A stretch of DNA of 64,000 bases from Vitrella brassicaformis CCMP3155 (lineage: Eukaryota; Protista; Chromerida), in assembly GCA_001179505.1 (NCBI GenBank), contig CDMY01000347.1, forward strand, positions 1 through 64,000. The letters are read 5' to 3'. Each line of letters starts with the position of its first letter. Within the stretch, counting starts at the first letter, position 1. A program made the position numbers and the translations under genes. Of this stretch, positions 58,578-64,000 are shown in pieces. The notes under the pieces are model-generated. The model made no database searches, was not told the DNA's origin, and saw only the letters and a list, made by a program, of their open reading frames with translations.

Positions 58578-61561
58578 ATGGCGATGAGCGATGCAGACAC
58601 ATCCCTGCAGCCTGATGCATTCGGTAAGCGCACATGACAAGCAGGGAGGGCGACGGCGTTCGGCGGGAGGCAGGCGAGGTTGCAAGTGTTGTCTCTGCTG
58701 GTGTGTGGTGCCTGTAGGGGCCCCCTTCTCCGACCGAGACATCCCGGGGGGGTTCCCGAGCCGTCCCCGGGCCGACAGTGACGAGTACCCACCACCTCTC
58801 GTCGGCATCGACCCACCCAACCCCTTTCCCCACCACCCATCAGCAGGAGAGGACAGCTGGCTGCCGGGGCACTTCGACGATGACCACTTGGGTGTGGGCG
58901 TGGGTGTTGGTGTCGGTGTGGGTCCGCTGATGCCCGGCCCAAGTCAGGAGCCGGGGCCGTGGGACTTCAGTCTGCATCCTGACCAGGATCACCACGACCC
59001 CTTCTCGCCATCCTTCACACCCGGCGGCGCTTGCCATCCTTGCAACAAGGACGCCAAGTGCGGCCGCAGCATGAGTGACAGCATGCACGACCCGCCATTC
59101 TACAGCCGCTCACGGTCCCCCTCGCCCTCGCCCCACCACAACCACACACCCCGAGACGAGTGCTCCCCCAGCTCATCCGCCACATCGTCCTTCTCCAGTC
59201 GGCTCACCAACCTGCCGCCCAGGGGCGTGTCCGACTACCACTTGATGGACGACGGTGGCTGTGGTGGCCACCAGCACGACCTCTCGTCATGCGAGGTCCG
59301 TCGGCACACGTCGCTGCCCGTCGATTCCATGGCGATGGCGGACGCGCTGTACCACGCCGGCGACACGCGGCCGCCGAACCGGCACGTGTCGGCGTCTGAG
59401 CAGCAGGCGCCCCACCCTCACTGTGTGTGGGGTGAGCGCGACGGGTCGTCATCGTTTGGTGGTGTGAAGAACTGGTCGCCGGGGATGCCCCCCGGGTCGC
59501 CATACAGCTTCTCGTCGCCTCTCAAGGGCGGGGAGGAGGGGCAGCCCGACACTGAGTGGAAAGGTGAGGCGACGCGAGGGGAGAAGAGAGGAGCTTGGGC
59601 CCTCACGATTAAGTGGCCGTGTGGTGTGTTCATGTGGTGTGTGCAGGGAGCATGGAGGAGCGGGCTGACACCGACGACCTGCCAGTCAAACTCATCAACG
59701 GATGGTGAGCGAGCAACCCATTTTTGCGCCACGGATCACTGCCCTCCCCTTTGGTCCCCTTGTTCTCTTCTCAGGGACCCCTCATCCTCCCCCACTGGAG
59801 GCAACTCCCCCACCAAGTCCCCACCGCCAAAGCGTCGCCGGTCCAGACGGCCGTCATCCAAGCGACCCAGCACCGACATGGCAGTCGACACACAGCCGCC
59901 ACCCCCCTCATCCAAGAAGCGCAAGCAGAAGCACCCCCCCACCCGCACAGATGCGCCCCAGCGGTCTGTGGGGCGGAAGGGCAGCACCACAGCTCGCAAT
60001 GTGGGCGAGGGGATGGTGGCTGCCCCGTGGGACGAGACGGAGGGCGCGATGCTGCAGCAGGAGACCAGACGGCATGTGCGTGAGGCTCTCGGGGTGGTGC
60101 AGGGAGGTGGCAAGGGGGCCGGCAGCAAGAAGAAAGCGGCCGCAGCTGCCAATACGACGCCCAACAATGGCAACGGCAGTGGCCATGGCGGCCGTCAGAT
60201 GACCATGGACGACCTGGTGGACGCACTGGTCCGCCAGGCCACATCTGGCGACCAGCATGCCGCACACGACATGGCCATGACGGCCAAGAGCCGCAAGCAG
60301 AAGCAGCAGTCGTCGTCGCACCTGCTGGCGACCACGATTGAGAAGATGAACGACATCAACGCCGAGCAGCAGCAGCCAGGAGGGTCGTGTGGCACCATGG
60401 GCGAGGGGTGGAGTACGGATGAGGACAGGTGCCTCGTTAGGACGGTGCTGGAGCTGGGCGACAACCAGTAAGTGGGAGGGAGGGCAAGAGGAGGAAGGCG
60501 GAGATGGACGGGATGCACCCAATCCATGCATTGGGCGTGGCGTCTCTGTCTGTCTGTGTCGTGTGTGGCGTGTGTCTAGGTGGTCACTGGTGGCATCCCG
60601 ACTCAACCAAAAGGTGCATGCAGGCCGACAGGAGCGCACCGGTGAGCGACATACATAACCACTGCACCCACACCACACCACACCACACCACATCTCACGA
60701 AAAGCACCCAATCTCTGTCTCTTTCCTTCTGTCTGTCTGTGTGTCTGTCTGTCTGCAGAGCACCAGTGCCGCGAGCGGTGGTTCCACCACCTCAACCCCT
60801 TCAACACACTCCCCAGCGCCCTCGGCGGCAAGGCCGGCATGGACGACATGAAAGCCCGCCTCCTCAACAACATCACAACCAAGGCCCCTGGTGGTGGGGC
60901 CAAGGTCCACCCGGGACCTGCCGGGTTGGCCCGCCCTCCCCTTCCCTCCCCTCTGGTCAACCCCGGCGCCATGCTGGCCTACCAGCAGGCATACACCATC
61001 TATGTCCAGAGCCTCACCGCCGCTGGACAAGCTGGCCAGGCTCTCGCAAAGCTACGCGCGGCGGCTTCGGGGTCCTCCACAGGGTGCACAACCATGACCA
61101 ACATGACAGCAGCACCAGATGCAGGGGCGATCAAGGCACCCCCACCACCACCCCCGCCCCCACCTCCCCCACCAGTCGGCGGCCCTTGCGGTCTGCCTCA
61201 GGCGCACGGCAAGGGCGTGCCCGGCGTGGCAGGTGTGCCTCCCGTCTCGTTCGACATGGTGTTGCAGCGTGCGGCGCTGATGCACCGGCTGCGGCTGATG
61301 CAGATGCCCGGGGCGTCCCCCCTCATGAGCCTACACAACATGACGCGGGGCGTCGGGTTGGGGGGGATGGCTGGCTTGCCGCCCCTGCCGCCCGCTGCTG
61401 TCGTCGGTGCTGCCGGCGGGGCCAAGATGCCCCCGCTGCCGCCACTGCCTGGGATGGGATTGTTCCCTGCCGCACCTGCAGCCCTCTCCTCGCCAGGGCA
61501 GGTGTCCACCGCACCGTCCATCACGGCGGCAGAGGGAGCCGGGCAGCAGCCTGGCGTGTGA
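58578..61561 (+). CDS. Single-repeat Myb/SANT-domain protein with Pro-rich C-terminus
   Basis: ATG 58578 (MAMSDADTSLQPDAF | G...). Spliced Myb: GWSTDEDRCLVRTVLELGDNQ | WSLVASRLNQKVHAGRQERT | EHQCRERWFHHLNP; stop at 61561. Confidence 0.88.
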
Positions 61562-61671
61562 GCGAATGAGTGGGCCGTGGCATTTCTGACTGACTGACTG
61601 ACCTACTGGTCTTGCCTCGATGGATGTGACGTGATGACGATGCAGTGAGCTCGGGAGGGAGGGGCAAGGGA

Positions 61672-61971
61672 NNNNNNNNNNNNNNNNNNNNNNNNNNNNN
61701 NNNNNNNNNNNNNNNNNNNNNNNNNNNNNNNNNNNNNNNNNNNNNNNNNNNNNNNNNNNNNNNNNNNNNNNNNNNNNNNNNNNNNNNNNNNNNNNNNNNN
61801 NNNNNNNNNNNNNNNNNNNNNNNNNNNNNNNNNNNNNNNNNNNNNNNNNNNNNNNNNNNNNNNNNNNNNNNNNNNNNNNNNNNNNNNNNNNNNNNNNNNN
61901 NNNNNNNNNNNNNNNNNNNNNNNNNNNNNNNNNNNNNNNNNNNNNNNNNNNNNNNNNNNNNNNNNNNNNNN
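61672..61971. other. Assembly gap (300 N)
   Basis: Run of N. Confidence 0.99.
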
Positions 61972-62434
61972 GGGTTTGTTGCATCGATCCGTGTATGTGT
62001 GGCGCTTCCGTGTGTGGTGTGGTGTGGTGTTGGGTGGTGTGGTAGGGTGTGGAGAAAGGTGAGGAAGAGGGGGAGAGGGGGGAAATGAGGCCAGCAGGCA
62101 AGCACGAGGCCGCATTTTTCCCAGTTAGTGCTGCAGCAGAGCTGACCGACTGACCGACCGAGAGCAGTCGACAGCCCAGCTCGTCTGTCTGTCTCGCGGC
62201 AGGCGTTGCGTACATACCAGAGCCAAACACATAGACATACCAGAGAGAGAGAGAGAGAGATACACCCGTTAGGGCATGCATCCCATGCTACACGTCCATC
62301 CATCCCATATCCATTTATATCGTACGATGCGGTGAGCGCTGTGCTATGCTATGCTGTGGAAAGCAGCAGGGAGTCAGTCAGTCAAGGAGGAGAGAGAGAG
62401 GAGCGCTGGATGGGATATATGGGTGGGAGGACGG

Positions 62435-62486
62435 AGGCTCGCCCTGCCCCCTCCTCCGTGAGGCTCGCCCTGCCCCCTCCTCCGTG
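62435..62486. repeat. Perfect 26-bp tandem duplication in intergenic DNA
   Basis: aggctcgccctgccccctcctccgtg occurs twice. Confidence 0.95.
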
Positions 62487-64000
62487 CCGTTAGCTCAGCT
62501 GACTACTGACTGATCTGCCTTGCCTACGGAATTGTGACCACGACCAGAGAGGGAGAGGAAAGGGACACACAGAAGCGGGAATGACGTCGTGACACTAAGT
62601 GAGGTAGACGGAGAGAAACAAACAGGCCACTCGAGAAAACGGCCGATGATTTTTCATTTCATTCGTTCGTTCCATCCGCATAGGGCATCCATCCATCTCT
62701 CTATCTTTCTGTCTCTTCGATGGCCGCTCCAACACACATGAGTGGGCACCACCACACACATGAATGATGCGTAAGGACACGTAGATATGGCAGGTGGGTC
62801 AGGCAGCGGGCCGTGAGTCAGTCAGGGGAGCAAGGGAAGGTGTCCACACCCCATTCCAACCACCCATCCGCCGTCCTCTCTCCTCATGTCGTCCTCCTGA
62901 ACGCGTCTATTCCTCTTTCCCGCCCTGCCCTGTCCTGCCCTTCCCTTCCCTGACCAACCACCAGATTTTTGAGAGAGATCTGCGTTGATGATTCATGCAT
63001 GTCTTTTGGAGTGCTTGTGTGGACTACCACCTACTCTACCTGGCTGCCTGTTTTGCAGCCAGCCATGACAGCTGCTGAATGGATGGAGTGGAAGAACGAG
63101 CGGGGGAGAGGAGCGCATTATTTGACTGACGGTCGACGGTGCAATTTGCTCGTCGTGCATTCATTCAAATGTTCATTCGCACAAGCCATGGTGGGTCGGG
63201 TGTGGTTGGAGGGACTTTTTGCCTGGAGAGGGAGGGCATGGGGCTTTGGCGTGTGGGTGGGTGGGCGGGCGGGCGGGCGCAACGATCCTGAAAGGAAGAT
63301 GCAGGCCGCCTGGCTGCCCGACCCGCCGACTGACTGACCCGACCTCATGGATGGATGGATGGATGGCTGGCTGCCACATTCTTATTGCTCATTGTTGACG
63401 GCTGGCTGTAGTATGCGAAATGCAGTCTCCACGCGTGCGGCCATCGATGCGTGCGCGTTGCTTGCAATGCATGAGTGATGGATGAATGATGAGTACATGC
63501 ATGGCATTTTTGCGAGAGATCATCTCGCGTGTGGGTGTCGATGTATGGATGTCGTGTGCAAGTTTTCTCCTCCACTCATTCCTTCGTCACGCACATGCGC
63601 GTGATCACAACACACAGACAGACAGAGAGAGAGAGAGAGCGTATTTGTGCTGCAGAGTCAGGTCGGGGGGGGGAGGGGTGGGGAAGGGGTTGTGGTCTGC
63701 GCGCTGAAGTCTTCTTCTTTCATCAGTGTGTGCGTGCGTGTCTGCGTGTGGTGTGGTGTGGTGTCATGACGAGAGGAGTGCAGTGAATGTCCGTCCGTCC
63801 ATCCATATGTCCACGTCTACTGCTGTGATGTGCCTGTATGCCTGTGTGTGTGTATGTGTGTGCGCTGTATTTTTCTGCCCTTGGCAGGCACAGCTGAGCG
63901 GGGGAGATCGATCCGTTGCCACTTTTTCACCACCACCACCACCGTGTGTCATTCTGTGTCATGCTGTGCGATGCTGTGTGACGCTGTGTTGTCTTTCCCA

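Noticed and set aside
1-64000. tRNA, rRNA, spliced-leader RNA or CRISPR arrays
   Set aside because: No cloverleaf or T-loop consensus, rRNA-like segment, dinoflagellate SL sequence or repeat-spacer array was seen by eye; a covariance-model search was not possible.
61972-64000. ORFs in the final 2 kb
   Set aside because: Microsatellite-rich sequence with no codon bias or domain; treated as intergenic or UTR.

Overview
Eukaryotic, GC-rich, intron-dense genomic DNA. Introns are short and packed with (CA)n/(TG)n, (AGAC)n and (GGAT)n microsatellites. This, plus bipartite-looking plastid leaders and a probable myzozoan-type respiratory subunit, is most consistent with a chromerid alveolate such as Vitrella brassicaformis (inference). 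Gene models were assembled by eye from GT/AG sites and protein motifs. In order, the window holds: the 3' tail of a CRE-clade non-LTR retrotransposon, an orphan gene, an internal-ubiquitin protein, an NSUN6-like m5C methyltransferase with a duplicated 3' half around an assembly gap, an ankyrin+TPR gene with an in-frame UGA, a Cys-rich orphan, a degenerate SMARCAL1-like SNF2 ATPase, a coiled-coil protein, a Rieske oxygenase, a 2OG-Fe(II) oxygenase pseudogene, an orphan membrane protein, a patatin lipase, NUP50/Nup2-like, an M17 aminopeptidase, a SPIRAL1-motif protein, a PH/coiled-coil protein, a voltage-sensor-only protein, a small probable mitochondrial subunit, a large LRR-IQ protein and a single-repeat Myb protein. 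No tRNA, rRNA or CRISPR was recognised. Most notable: polarised 5'(CA)n...3'(UG)n intron architecture, a pore-less voltage sensor lacking the Hv1 signature residues, an internal K48R ubiquitin ending RLRGG|M, and a perfect telomere-like hairpin in a divergent promoter.
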